From contig JAPDFW010000117.1 in NCBI GenBank assembly GCA_028826165.1, forward strand, positions 62,001 to 126,000: a stretch of DNA of 64,000 nt. The letters run 5' to 3'. Source of the DNA: Anaeramoeba ignava BMAN. Lineage: Eukaryota > Protista > Anaeramoebae. Position 1 is the stretch's first letter, and each line of letters opens with the position of its first letter. The translations under genes were made by a program, and so were the position numbers. The notes beneath the pieces are model-generated. The model was given only the letters and a program-made list of their open reading frames with translations. It ran no database searches and was not told the DNA's origin. Positions 48,619 through 61,149 of this stretch are shown piece by piece.

Positions 48619-50565
48619 TCAAAACTTTTCTTTGAGAAAATTTATATTATTATCATAATGTTCAATTGCATGATGTAATTGTTGAGTTAACGGACGAATT
48701 AAAGATCTAATAAGAACATGTTCCTTTTTATTAAGACGTTTTCTCCAATCTTGAAGATCTTCCAAAATGGAACACAATCCACGATAAATGCGCGAAATTG
48801 TATCCAATTCGGTTGTATATTGCAAAGGAAAAGAAATCCAAAAATTATGAAGAATTTCATTGATTTCCGATTGGAATCCTATTAGTTTAAGTAGTGATTC
48901 TTGAGGAATAGATTCCAGATCTGAGAGACGAAAACGAAACTCATGATCCCGATTAACCAAGTGATTCTCTATATCCATTTCGTTTGTTTTGTGGTTGCTC
49001 ACTTCGCGAAATGCTTGATCCAAATTCGGAGTAAAACTCAGAATCCCATCTACAAATTCCTCCATTTCCTTTTCAAATTGAGAAGAGTCGTTGTCTGTTT
49101 TGAGAAAAGAGTTCGAGTTGTTTTCTGCGATTTTTGTGTGCTGGCGAAAATACTCTCTCGGGTTCTCCAGTCCTAACGGTTTGCATTGTGTCTCGTGAAC
49201 TTTGAGCAGCTGGGAATCAATTACGGAATCAAGAGTCTTTCTTTGGCACGAAGAAAGAGCAAAAGTGGAAGAAAGAGGATCAGAAAATGTTTTATTTTGG
49301 ATGGGATCAAAAAGGTGAAAAATTTGGGGGGATGTTATTTTTTGATAAGGATCACCGCCTGTCAAACAATTATCTTCATTTAAAAAGTACCCCAAATCAA
49401 AAAGAAAATTTTTGACATTTTTTGATTCTGAAAAACCGCAAAAATTCGCATATTTAGAAGCTTCAAGAACAAGATAGGAATGGCGGTTAATTTTGGCAAG
49501 AGTCTTTGTAGAATCCACTGATTGCTGGAGCACCAAAGTGTTATCTCGAAGATTTCCGTAAGCATTTGGATAGAATTCTTCTTTGCATCTCGTCAAATCG
49601 TTGGATAAATCAACATGAAGATCTGCGTTTGTCTGCTTTGCACAAGCCAACGGAGAATAAGATGTTATGAAACGTTCGGATTGCAAAGGTGATTCAAAAA
49701 TTGCGTTTTCGGGACGAGTATTTTGGGTGATAATAGCCTCGTCTTTATTGATTTTGCGGAAGATATTTGTCGAGCTGACATTGCGATAATCGAGGAAATC
49801 AGCCTCAAAATATTGTTTCCAAAACTCTTCTTGTTTTAAATTGATTTCCTCTTCGAATTTTTTAAGAACCATCGGTTGTTCAATGAAAATTTGCTCGATA
49901 ATTCTCGATGAGATATGGAAATGCATTGAACTGAGGTCATAAACAGGGCCCATATGCGATACCCTAATACTTGAAAGTCCCGTTTTTTGTTTCTGGTGTA
50001 TATTCTTATCAATTTGGATCATTTGGTATTTTGATTTCCAAAATTCGCGATCCAAAATAACGGAATTGACAATTTTTCTGAATACAGAAGAAATCACAGG
50101 ATTTTTCATAAGAAACTCTGCTTTTTCATTAAGAAGTTTTTCTTTTGTGTTGCTTTGTTGCTTTTTCATTGGTCGTCTTTTAATGATTTTGAATTGGAAA
50201 ATTTTTCTTTGTCTGAAAAGTCTTGATTGAGTTGGTTTTCTGGGAGCTTTCATTTGCTCTTCAAGAAGCTTTGCAAATTGGTTTCTTTCTTCAAGGGATT
50301 TTGTCTCCGAAGAGAAAAAGAAAAGATAGTTTTCTCCGTTTTTCTTTTTGATTTTAATTCCTGGCTTTTTTTTTGTTAAATCTCCTTTTGGTTGATTTAA
50401 ATGTTTTGATTTTATAAATGAAATTTGAATTGTTAAATCGGGTGATTTTGATTCTTTTTTTTTCCACATGATTCTTTCCGGATATAAATGGATTATTCCT
50501 TCTATTTTTTTATATATTGCTTGAGCTTTAATAATTGCATGACTTTCTGCAGATATAAATGACAT
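48619..50565 (-). CDS. GTF2H1/TFB1: TFIIH subunit p62 (PH domain + BSD domains), intronless
   Basis: N-terminal PH domain (AIYKKIEGIIHLYPERIMWK), BSD-type motifs REFWKSK and EEFWKQYF, KTGLSS, IIEQIFIEQP, INRHSYLVL, C-terminal EILHNFW. Confidence 0.82.
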   Translation of the reverse strand: MSFISAESHAIIKAQAIYKKIEGIIHLYPERIMWKKKESKSPDLTIQISFIKSKHLNQPKGDLTKKKPGIKIKKKNGENYLFFFSSETKSLEERNQFAKLLEEQMKAPRKPTQSRLFRQRKIFQFKIIKRRPMKKQQSNTKEKLLNEKAEFLMKNPVISSVFRKIVNSVILDREFWKSKYQMIQIDKNIHQKQKTGLSSIRVSHMGPVYDLSSMHFHISSRIIEQIFIEQPMVLKKFEEEINLKQEEFWKQYFEADFLDYRNVSSTNIFRKINKDEAIITQNTRPENAIFESPLQSERFITSYSPLACAKQTNADLHVDLSNDLTRCKEEFYPNAYGNLRDNTLVLQQSVDSTKTLAKINRHSYLVLEASKYANFCGFSESKNVKNFLFDLGYFLNEDNCLTGGDPYQKITSPQIFHLFDPIQNKTFSDPLSSTFALSSCQRKTLDSVIDSQLLKVHETQCKPLGLENPREYFRQHTKIAENNSNSFLKTDNDSSQFEKEMEEFVDGILSFTPNLDQAFREVSNHKTNEMDIENHLVNRDHEFRFRLSDLESIPQESLLKLIGFQSEINEILHNFWISFPLQYTTELDTISRIYRGLCSILEDLQDWRKRLNKKEHVLIRSLIRPLTQQLHHAIEHYDNNINFLKEKF

Positions 50566-50814
50566 ATTTTACAAAAAAAAATGAAAAATGAAAAATGATT
50601 TTTAAAAAATATTTTTTAAATTTTAATTTTAATTTTAATTTTGATTTTGATTTTAATTTTAATTTTGATTTTCATTTTGATTTTGATTTTGATTTTTATT
50701 TTAATTTTAATTTTGATTTTAATTTTAATTTTGATTTTGATTTTAATTTTAATTTTAATTTTGATTTCAATTTAAATTTTAAATTCATTTTTCATTTTTC
50801 ATTTTTTTTTCTTC

Positions 50815-52013
50815 ATGTTTGTTCTCTATTTACTTAAAGACACAGCAAAAGTTGAACCATATGATTTTAAAAATAATTTAGATTCAATATTAAGAAGATA
50901 TTTTAATAGAAAATATGGAAACAAAGTAATGAAAAACATAGGTTTAATTCTTTGCGTAACAGAAATAGTTTCAATAGGTGAACCATTTGTTCATCCAAAT
51001 CAAGGAGGTTATCACATTACAACTGTCTTCCGCGTTGCCGTATTTCGTCCCTTTGTTGATGAAATAATTTTGGGGAAAATTTTTGAATCCTCAAAAGAAG
51101 AAGGCATTAAAATATCAATTGGTTTTTTCAGTGATATTTACATTCCTCCAAGTTCTTTACCCAAAAATTCCTTTTTGTTTGTTTTTAACTCAATTAATTA
51201 ACAAAACTTTTCCAATTCAAACTTTATTTTTTTTGAACTAAAAATGGAATTTTCTTCATCAAATCAAATTTTCAAATTTTTTTCAAAATTATTTTTTATC
51301 CGAATTTTCTGTATTTGATTCATCTTTATTTAATAGTGACCCAATGGAAAAGATTTGGATTTGGAATTACAAGCAAGTTAGTCCATTGGATCCTGATGAA
51401 ACTGTTGTTCATAAATTATATATGGATATTGGAGCTGTTGTTAGATTCAGAATTACAAATGTTTCTTTCGGCGATTCTCTTCGTGTGAAACAGTCAAATA
51501 TCATTTCCCCTGTAAATGAAAAAGTTAAGAGTTTAATACAATCTCAAAATTCAGCCAAAATTGAAAAACCAATGAGTGTTTATGTATAAAAAATATTTAT
51601 ATTAGAAATTAGACTTAAAATTTAAAAATAATTTTTCTTTTAATTTTTTTAATTGAAAAATTTTTTTCCGATTTTGATTTTTTAAAAAAAAAAAATTTTA
51701 TTTTATTTTTTAGGGTTCAATGAAAGAATTAGGATTAGGTGTTTTATATTGGTGGAAACAACCAAATCAAAATCAAAATCAAAATCAAAATCAAAATCAA
51801 AATCAAAATTTAAATGAAAATTTAAATGAAAATTTAAATGAAAATTTAAATGAAAATGAAAATCAAAATAATGAAAATCAAAAAGAATTAATTGAGAAAA
51901 TTGAAAGTGAAGATCTTGAAGAACAAGAATTACAAGATGAAAATGAAAATGATAATGAAAATGAAAATGATAATGATAATGATAATGAAAATGAAAATGA
52001 TAATGATAATTAA
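50815..52013 (+). CDS. POLR3H/RPC25: RNA polymerase III subunit RPC8 (RPC25); exons 50815-51176, 51337-51583, 51714-52013
   Basis: MFVLYLLKDTAKVEP..NRKYGNKV..IGLILCV..VFRVAVFRPFVDEIILGKI..GIKISIGFFSDIYIP..WIWNY..LYMD..VRFRI..GSMKELGLGVLYWW. Confidence 0.92.
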
Positions 52014-52091
52014 ATTTTTTTTATTTTTCAATTTAAATTTTTAAAAAAATAAATTTTCATTTTTTTTCTTTCATTTCTTTTCTTTTTTTTT

Positions 52092-52295
52092 ATGCAAAAT
52101 CAAGATAATAATCCTTATAAATCTTATGAAGAATTTGCAAAAATGAATCAAAAAATGTTTCAAAAATGTAAAAATTTATTCAAGAAAAATTCACAACTTA
52201 AAAAAGAAATTCATAAACTTGATCAAGAAGTTAAAGAATTAAAACAAAAAGAAACAAAGTTATCAAAAGAAATGAAACAAAACAATAAGAATTAA
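52092..52295 (+). CDS. Small (67 aa) hypothetical coiled-coil protein
   Basis: Coding-like composition, heptad pattern (NSQLKKEIHKLDQEVKELKQKETKL) and the same upstream TTTTCATTTT motif as bona fide genes. Confidence 0.55.
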   Translation: MQNQDNNPYKSYEEFAKMNQKMFQKCKNLFKKNSQLKKEIHKLDQEVKELKQKETKLSKEMKQNNKN

Positions 52296-52522
52296 ATTTG
52301 ATTTAATTTCAAACAAATGAAAAACAAACAAATGAAAAATTATTTATTTTAATTTTGATTTAATAAATGAATTTTAATTTTATTTTAATAAATTAATTTT
52401 AATTTTATAAATGAATTTTAATTTTATAAATGAATTTTATTTTGAAATGAATTGATTTTATTTAAAAAATTTGATAAAAATATTTTCTTCAATATTTTTA
52501 AAAAAAACAAAAAAAAAACAAT

Positions 52523-54801
52523 TCATTTTTTCTGATCTTCATATTTCTTAATAAATTCAACAGCAGAACAAAAAGTAGCTAAATAATAACCAAGTTCTGA
52601 AGGAAATTCACGAGGATCACAAAGAGAAACAAGCATTCTTGAATAAGATTCCAAATTTTGAGTTTTTGAATGAACAATAACAAAAATAAAAATTGAAAGA
52701 AAATCATCACCAGAAATAGTTACTTTTCCAACATTTTCCAAACGATTTTCATTTTGAATATTTGTTGTGAAAAAAATTCTATCAGCAGTATTAATCAAAT
52801 TATTTAAGAATTCAAAAGGAACTTTACACAATTGAAATTGCATGAAAGTTGATATAGGTGTATTCCAACACAAACGAGATAATTTTTCTGGTAATTGATA
52901 GAATTCAATCTCCTTATCAAGAAGAACTTGAATATTTTGTTTTAATAATTTGTCTTCTTTTTCACATAAAAGTTGAAAAAATTCAAATATCAAATCAACT
53001 AATGGAAGTAAAATTATTCTTTCTAAACATTTTTCCAAAAGATAATATAATATTTCCTTTGCTTCACTTGATGTGTGATAACCCAAGGAAATATCTTCTA
53101 ATAAAAACTTCATCAATTCGGGATTTTTTTTGATTATTTGCTTTCTTATATTATCCAAAAATTTCCGAATTGATTCCATCACTTTTATATTTGGTTTTCC
53201 ATGTTTTGATTTGATTTCTTTGATATTTTCTTCCAAAAATGTACATGCTCTTAAAATAAATTTATCAAATCGATATTTGTTTTGAATAAATAATATTTTT
53301 ATGCATGCCATTTCAAGTTGGATTAAATATTCTGGAATTTCATTGATTTCCGCTATTTTCATTGTGCATGGAAGAAGTTTTTCTAATTTTTCTATATCTA
53401 TAATTGCTTCTTGTGTTTGTTTTCTTTTTTGTGCGGAATTTTTGTTTTCAATTCTTGGTGAATTGTTTTTGGAATTATTTTTTGATTCGTTTTTGATTTT
53501 ATTTTCTATTGATTTATTTTCCATTGATTTATTTTCTATTGATTTATTTTCTATTGATTTATTTTCCATTGATTTATTTTCTATTGATTTATTTTCTATT
53601 GTTTTATTTTCTATTGTTTTATTTTCTATTGTTTTATTTTCTATTGATTTAGTTGGTGTTTGATCAAAATTGTATTCTATTTTTTCATTTTCAATAATAT
53701 CTTTTGCAATTTTTTGACTTGGATTTCTTGAATTTGATTTTATTTTTTTATTTTTTTTATTTTTAATTTGATTTTGATTTTGATTTTGATTTTTATTTTT
53801 AATTTGATTTAAATTTTCATTTTGATTTTGATTTAAATTTTGATTTAAATTTTGATTTAAATTTTGATTTTGATTTAAATTTTGATTTAAATTTTCATTT
53901 TGATTTTGATTTAAATTTTCATTTAAATTTTGATTTTCATTTTCATTTTGATTTTGATTTAAATTTTCATTTAAATTTTGATTTTCATTTAAATTTTCAT
54001 TTTGATTTTCATTTAAATTTTGATTTTGATTTTCATTTAAATTTTGATTTTGATTTCGATTTTTTTCTTTTTTATCAGAATCATCATCAGTTGAAAAATT
54101 TTTTTGAAAATTATCCGAACTTCTATCAGAATCATCATCAAATTTTTTATCATCAATACTTTGCAAATCATCATTAAAATCAGAATTCTGTTGAGAATCT
54201 GAACTTTGATGATTTTTATCAATCAATCTAGAAAGATTACTAGGAACTCTTTTTAAAATTGGATGAGGTTCTTTATGATTTTTCATTGTGACAAGATCAT
54301 TTAAATTTTTAACAATATATTTGTTCCATTTGTGAAATAAATAAAACTTCACAGAACATCTTGATGATATCTCTTGCGCAATTAATATTGCATCATCTGC
54401 ATAAAATTTTTCTACTTCTTTCTTTCTAAAAATTATTTGTAAAATAAATGTATCAATAACTGAAATTTTTGTCACTTCGTTATATTGTTTTAAACATATG
54501 ATTTTCTCATCTTTGTTATTTTGAAGTTTTATTAAACCTTGTGCTGATAATTTTAGTTTAATTGATTTTTTAAATCCAAACCTAAAAAATGATTAAAAAA
54601 ATAAAAAAAAATTTTTTTCAGTTATTTTTTAATCATTTTTTTATTCGTAATTTTTTTTTTTTACATTGATTTTTGATAAACTTCATATGTTATTTCTTTT
54701 GTATTTAAAAGGAAATTTTGAATAATTTCTTCTGTTGTTTTTTTTTCTTTTTTTGTTTTAAATTTCTTTTTTGTATTTTCTTCAAAAAAAACAAATTCCA
54801 T
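52523..54801 (-). CDS. VPS9-domain Rab5-family GEF with N-terminal PH-like region; exons 54801-54665, 54581-52523
   Basis: VPS9 signature ISGDDFLSIFIFVIVHS..NLES..SELGYYLATFCSAVEFI; (S/T)IENK and NQ/NL repeats in the linker. Confidence 0.88.
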
Positions 54802-54868
54802 TTTAAATTAAAAAAAAATGAAAAAAAAAAAATGAAAAAAAAAAAATTTTTTAATTTTAATTTTAGAT

Positions 54869-55924
54869 TTAAATTTCTTTTATTTTTTCATTAAATAATT
54901 CAATAAAAACTTCTTCTGAAATAATTTCTTGATTTAATTTATTTTTTTGTTTTAAAATTTCAAGTATTTTTTTCCTTTCTAAATTTAATTTTTTTGCAAA
55001 TGAATTAATTTCTTTTTTTTTTAAATTTGGATTTTTTTCTTTTAAAAATTCAATTTGATTTTTAATCATTTTCCTAAATTTAATATCTAAAGAATGAATT
55101 AAATTTCCATTTGAATTTTCATTGATTTCCTTTAAAATATTCTTTCCTTGATCTGTTTGTAATTTTTCTCCGTCTTTAATCATAAATAAAACAACTTGTT
55201 CAAGTAAAAAATCAATTTTGAAAAAATCAATTTGGAAATTATTTTCAAGTAAAATTGTATTTGATTCCCAATTTTGCTTTCCTAATTTAGGTTTTTGGAA
55301 TTTCTCCTCCATTTCCAAAATCACTTCATCAGGAACTCTTTGGTTCATGTCTCTTTTGCTATTAAATTCAATAGTTTTTGTGATGTCAGTGTTGATAAAA
55401 ATTTGTATGAATGAATATCCAATTTTTGTTGAAAATTTATAATATTGCTTTCTCATGCTTCTTAAATAGAAATTATCATCAATTATAAAGAAATTAAAAG
55501 TGTGGCTATCTCTTTGTGTTTGTTTTTCTTGTGATTCTATATTGAATTCTATTGATTTAAAATTTCTATCTTGAAAAAATTTTTCCGAATTTTCATTTTC
55601 ATCTTTTTCTATATAATTTTTTATCTTTTCAAACAACTCATTTCTTGCTTGTTTCCAAGTTATTTTGCTTGTATTTATTTGGCTCTCCTTTTTTGGTATT
55701 GCACATATTTTTTTGCTGTTTTCAAACTTGATATTTTGGTTGATATTTTCATCATAAGAAATTTTGTGGATTTTAATTTTAAAATTTTTATTTTGAAAAA
55801 TATCGAATTTTTGATAAATTTGTGAAAATGTTTTGTGGAAATTTTGGATGATATGATTTGTTAGAGTTGATTTTCCAGTTGCAGGAATGCCTAAAATTAA
55901 AATAAAACAACCAAAAGGAAGCAT
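54869..55924 (-). CDS. PSTK: L-seryl-tRNA(Sec) kinase
   Basis: P-loop LILGIPATGKST, IIDDNFYLRSMR, NSKR, VPDEVILEMEEKFQKP..WE, C-terminal HSLDIKFRKMI. The DDNFY..SMR motif fits PSTK better than KTI12. Confidence 0.82.
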   Translation of the reverse strand: MLPFGCFILILGIPATGKSTLTNHIIQNFHKTFSQIYQKFDIFQNKNFKIKIHKISYDENINQNIKFENSKKICAIPKKESQINTSKITWKQARNELFEKIKNYIEKDENENSEKFFQDRNFKSIEFNIESQEKQTQRDSHTFNFFIIDDNFYLRSMRKQYYKFSTKIGYSFIQIFINTDITKTIEFNSKRDMNQRVPDEVILEMEEKFQKPKLGKQNWESNTILLENNFQIDFFKIDFLLEQVVLFMIKDGEKLQTDQGKNILKEINENSNGNLIHSLDIKFRKMIKNQIEFLKEKNPNLKKKEINSFAKKLNLERKKILEILKQKNKLNQEIISEEVFIELFNEKIKEI

Positions 55925-56017
55925 TCCAAAAAAATAACAAAAAAATTAAAAAAATAAAAAATAATTTTTTTTCATTTTTAATTTTAATTTAATTTAATTT
56001 AATTTATTATTAATAAA

Positions 56018-57997
56018 ATGAGTGAATTAATGATTTCTATTGCAAATCTTCAAGGACAAGGTCCTTATGAATTAAGTTTTGCAAAAGGAGAGATTATTCA
56101 AGTATTAAAAAAATATGAAACTGGTTGGTATCAAGGTGAAAAATCAAATGGTCAAATTGGTTGGTTTCCAGTAACTTATTTTGACCCTTATATTCAAAAT
56201 CAAATTCAAAATCAAATTCAAAATCAAAATCAAAATCAAAATCAAATTCAAATTCAAATTCAAATTCAAAATCAAAATCAAAATCAAAATCAAAATCAAA
56301 ATCAAAACCAAAATCAAAACCAAAATCAAAATCAAAATCAAAACCAAAATCAAAATCAAAAAAATCTTCAAGGTTATTTTCAATTAAATTTGAAAATTAA
56401 ATTCAAAATTAAAATTAAAATTAAAATTAAAATTAAAATTTAAAATCAAAATGAAATTTAAAATTAAAATCAAAATCAAAATCAAAATCAAAATCAAAAT
56501 TTAAATCAAAATTTAAATCAAAATTTAAATCAAAATTAAAATCAAAATTAAAATCAATTTAAATTAAAATCAAAATCAAAATTAAATTCAAAATCAAAAT
56601 CAAAATCAAAATAAAAATCAAAATTTAAAAAATTTAAAATGAAAATCAAAATTAAAATTAAAATCAAAATTTAGATTATCCAAATCCTGTTTTTGGAATT
56701 TCACTTGAAGCACTTTTACAAACACAAAAAAACAAAGAACTCAAAATACCAATGATTGTCGAAGAAATTTTAACATATTTAAAAACAAAAGATAAACAAC
56801 TAGAAGATTTATTTTTTAATCATAAATATAAAGAAGAAGAAGTGAATGAATTAAAATCAATATATGATTCAAGAAAAGAAACAAATCAAGGATTATTTGA
56901 TAAATATAGCATTTATTCAATATCACAATTACTCATTTTATTTCTAGATTCTTTACCATCACCAATTTTAACATTTGAATTATTCGATCCTTTTTTAAAA
57001 ACTCATGAAAGAATCGAAAGAAATGAAGATATTCATAGTATTATTTTTTCAATGAGATCTTTGATTCAATTTCTTGCTCAACCAAATAAAGAACTTCTTA
57101 AATCACTGCTTGATTTCATTATCAATTTCCCAAACAGATCTCAACTTGTTCTTTCTGATTCTTTTTTAAGACGATTTGGGGAACTTTTATTAAAACCTGA
57201 TACTAATAATTTTCAAAATGACAAGTTTAAAAATCTTTCTGCAATTCGAATTCAAGTCACAAAACTTTTGATTCAAGAATATCATTATTTTTTTATGGGA
57301 AAAGAATCTACTTTATCTCAAAAAGCAAAAAGTCCTTTAAGAACTTTTAGAGCTGTTGCAATTACTGATTATATAGGAGGAGATGATAGTGAACTTACTT
57401 TTAAAAATGGACAAAAAATTTTAGTACTTCAAAAATATGAAGATGGGTAAAAATTAAAATTAAGACAAAAAATTCAATAACATGAAATTATAAAAAATTA
57501 AGATAAAAAATTCATTAACATGAAATTATAAAAAATTAAGACAAAAAATTCATTAACATGAAATAATGAAATGATTAAAAAAAATCCTTTTTCGTTTTAA
57601 TTTAATTTAGTTGGTGGGAAGGTGAAATTAATGGTGTAAAAGGTATTTTTCCTTTTATTCATGTTGAAATAATTCTTGAAAAATCTCCAAATCAAGAAAA
57701 ACCTAAAATTCCAAGAACTGCTTCTCCAAAAAGAAGACCAAATTTAAGAAATAAATCAAATCCAAATCAAACTCAAACTCAAAAAAAAAATCCAAATCCA
57801 AAAAAAAATCAAAAATCAAATCCAAAATCAAAAATCAAAATCAAAATCAAAATCAAAATCAAAATCAAAATCAAAAACCAAATAGATTTCCTCCTCCAAA
57901 TAGAGGAAGAAAAGCTCCAATTCCAACTGATTTGATTCCAAAAAAAAAAGTAGATGGAAAAATTAATTCTTTACTTAATCGTTTTCAAAATAATTAA
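56018..57997 (+). CDS. SH3-RhoGAP-like-SH3 protein; exons 56018-56372, 56675-57446, 57611-57997 (probable homopolymer frameshift near 57810-57840)
   Basis: SH3 ELSFAKGEII..GWYQG..GWFPVTY; GAP VFGISLEAL..IPMIVEEIL..LFLDSLPSPILTFELF; SH3 AITDYIG..ELTFKNG..GWWEGE..GIFP; Pro-rich tail in the shifted frame. Confidence 0.85.
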
Positions 57998-58072
57998 AAT
58001 CAAAATAAAAATATTGAACTTTTCTTTTCTTTTTTCTTTTTTCATTTTTTATTATTATTTTTTTATTATTTT

Positions 58073-59902
58073 TTAACATTTTTCTTCTTTTCTTTTTTCA
58101 GTTTCTTTCTCAATTTCTTTTTCAATTTGTTGTTTAACTTCAGCTTTTTTTTCATGAAGCAATTTTGGAGTTTTCTCAACTTGATCCAAAAGTTCATCAT
58201 TTGAATAAACAGATCTTTCATATTCTTCCCATTCCAAATTAGAATTTTTCAAATCCCAAGGACAAACACTTCTTTTCCATCTTAAATAAGGAGAAATTTT
58301 TCCAGTTTTTGGATCTCTTCTTGAATAATGAAGAATTTGTCCATTTCTAATACTTGAATCTGGATCCACTAATAATTTTTTAAATCTGACTTGAGGAATT
58401 CTTTCTAATCTAACTCTAAAAGTTGTTAAAATTTCTCTATGAGTAACTAAAATGACAGATTGTTCACAACATTGTTCTCTCAAAGTAGATAAAATTCTAT
58501 CAACTCTTATACAAACTTGGGCAAGTGATTCACCTTTTTATTAAAGAAAAGAAAGATTATTATTTTTGCCAGTTCAAATTTTTTTTTGCTAGTTCAAAAA
58601 TTTTTTTTCCTTATTTTTTCTTTAAAATATTAATATACCTCCTGGTGGAGCAAAATAATAAGAATCTCTTTCATGTCTTTCCATTTCCCTTTTGAATTTT
58701 TTCATTCTTTCTTGAGGAGATAATAGTTCAAATACTCCCCAATCTCTTTCTCTTAAATATGTTGCTATTATCCATTTTGCTTCTTTTAAATTTAATAAAG
58801 CTGCTGTTTCCATTGCTCTTAAATATTCACTTGTATAATATCTATCAAATTTTTCTCCAATATTTTTTCTAACCCATTCTCCTGCAATTCTTGCTTGTTC
58901 TTGTCCAAGATTTGTTAATCTCCACATTGAACCTATAATTATAATTATAATTTTAATTTTAATTTTGATTTTTGATTTTGATTTTGAATTTAATTTTGAA
59001 TTTGATTTTAATTTTGAATTTGAATTTGATTTTGATTTTGATTTGAACTTGATTTTGAATTTGAATTTGAATTTTGATTTTGATTTTTGATTTTGAATTT
59101 GAATTTGAATTTGAATTTGATTTTGAATTTTGATTTTGAATTTGAATTTAAATTTAATTTTAATTTTAATTTTGAATTTGAATTTGAATTTTGATTTTGA
59201 ATTTAATTTTGAATTTGAATTTGATTTTGAATTTGAATTTGAATTTTGATTTTGATTTTGATTTTGAATTTGAATTTGAATTTGAATTTGAATTTGAATT
59301 TGAATTTGAATATAATTTTGATTTTTAATTTGAATTTTAATTTGAACTTAAATTTGATTTTAATTTTGAATTTTGAATTTGAATTTGAATTTGAATTTAA
59401 TTTTGAAATTGAAATTGAAATTGATTTTGATTTTTAATTTTGAATTTGATTTTGATTTTTAATTTTGATTTTGATTTTTAATTTTGAATTTGAATTTTGA
59501 ATTTGAATTTGATTTTGAATTTGAATTTAAATTTGATTTTAATTTTGAATTTGAATTTCAATTTCAATTTCAATTTGATTTTAATTTTGAATTTGAATTT
59601 GAATTTGAATTTGATTTTGATTTTGATTTTGAATTTGATTTTGATTTAAATTTGAATTTTCAAGTACTTGGTCTTTTGCGAAAATCTGGAGTAAAATTAG
59701 TATTATCTCCTTGGTTTGCTTGAGTAAGAATTCTATTTCCTTCACTTTCACCATGTCTAACAAAAACAATATCAATTGGCATTCTTTTACCTTCTGGTGA
59801 TTCAGCAGGTAATCTATCTGTTATTTTACTAAAAATTTGAAAAAATGCTTTTGAAATTTTAAAAATTGAAAATTGTTTTTGTTTTTTTTGAATTGGAAGC
59901 AT
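58073..59902 (-). CDS. Histidine phosphatase / phosphoglycerate mutase family protein; exons 59902-59668, 58932-58639, 58533-58073
   Basis: IVFVRHGESEGN, RLTNLGQEQAR, YTSEYLRAMETA, LRERDWG, PPGGESLAQV..R, VILVTH. Confidence 0.92.
58940..59655. repeat. TTTGAA/TTTTGA hexamer satellite in the PGM intron
   Basis: Directly visible. Confidence 0.88.
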
Positions 59903-59989
59903 GAAATTTTTTTTTTAATCAAAAAAGAAAAAAATGAAAAGATAAAAAAATGAAAAAAATTTTTTTTTTTTTTGATATTTTTTTTTGAC

Positions 59990-60640
59990 ATTTTTCTTAA
60001 TATTTTTCTTAATATTTTTATTAATATTTTTATTAATATTTTTCTTAATATTTTTTATTCCACTTTTTATTAATATTTTTCTTAATATTTTTATTGATAT
60101 TTTTATTAATATTTTTATTAATATTTTTATTAATATTTTTATTTATTCTTTAATTTTTTTATTAATATTTTTATTAATATTTTTTATTAATATTTTTATT
60201 AATATTTTTTATTCAATTTTTTATTAATATTTTTATTAATATTTTTATTAATATTTTTATTAATTTATATTTTTATTAATATTTTTATTAATATTTTTAT
60301 TAATATTTTTATTAATATTTTTATTCCACTTTTTATTAATATTTTTTTTAATTAATATTTTTAATATTTTTATTTAATATTTTTATTAATATTTTTATTA
60401 ATATTTTTATTAATATTTTTATTAATATTTTTATTAATATTTTTATTAATATTTTATTAATATTTTTATTAATATTTTTATTAATATTTTTATTAATATT
60501 TTTATTAATATTTTTATTAATATTTTTATTAATATTTTTATTAATATTTTTATTAATATTTTTATTAATATTTTTATTAATATTTTTATTAATATTTTTA
60601 TTAATATTTTTATTAATATTTTTATTAATATTTTTTTAAA
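59990..60640. repeat. Intergenic 12 bp satellite (ATATTTTTATTA)n
   Basis: Directly visible. Confidence 0.9.
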
Positions 60641-61149
60641 TTTTTAATTTATTTTTAAAAATAATTCATTTTTTTGAAATAAATTTTTGTTCCACTTTTT
60701 CATTTTGATTTTTAATATTTAAATTTATCAAAATAATTTTAATTAAATAAGCAGAATTAATATTTTTTGATTCATTTTTGAATTAATAATTGCAAATGAT
60801 TTTTTTGATATTTTTTTGAAGATTTTTAATTTATTTTTCTTATGTATTTTTTTTCCTTTTTGCATTTCATATTTTTTTATAATTTTCATTACATCTTTTG
60901 CAAAAATTTTTGTCCACAATTATTTTGAACAAAAATTTTTGTTAATATTTTTACAATATTTTTATTAATATATATTATGTATTTTTGGATCACGTTCCTC
61001 AATTTTCGGAACTAATGTAAATTTTTATTAATTATTTTTTTGTGTCTTTTAATTCCATTTTTTATTTTTAAAAAAAATAATTTTAATTTAATTTCATTTT
61101 TTTCAATTTTTTTTTTTTGTTTTTAATTAAATCTTATCAAATTAATTTG

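Noticed and set aside
48700-50300. Visibly higher GC in TFB1 (and 32300-33500) as possible horizontal transfer
   Set aside because: TFB1 is a core eukaryotic gene; GC rises in the interior of long exons and falls toward their ends.
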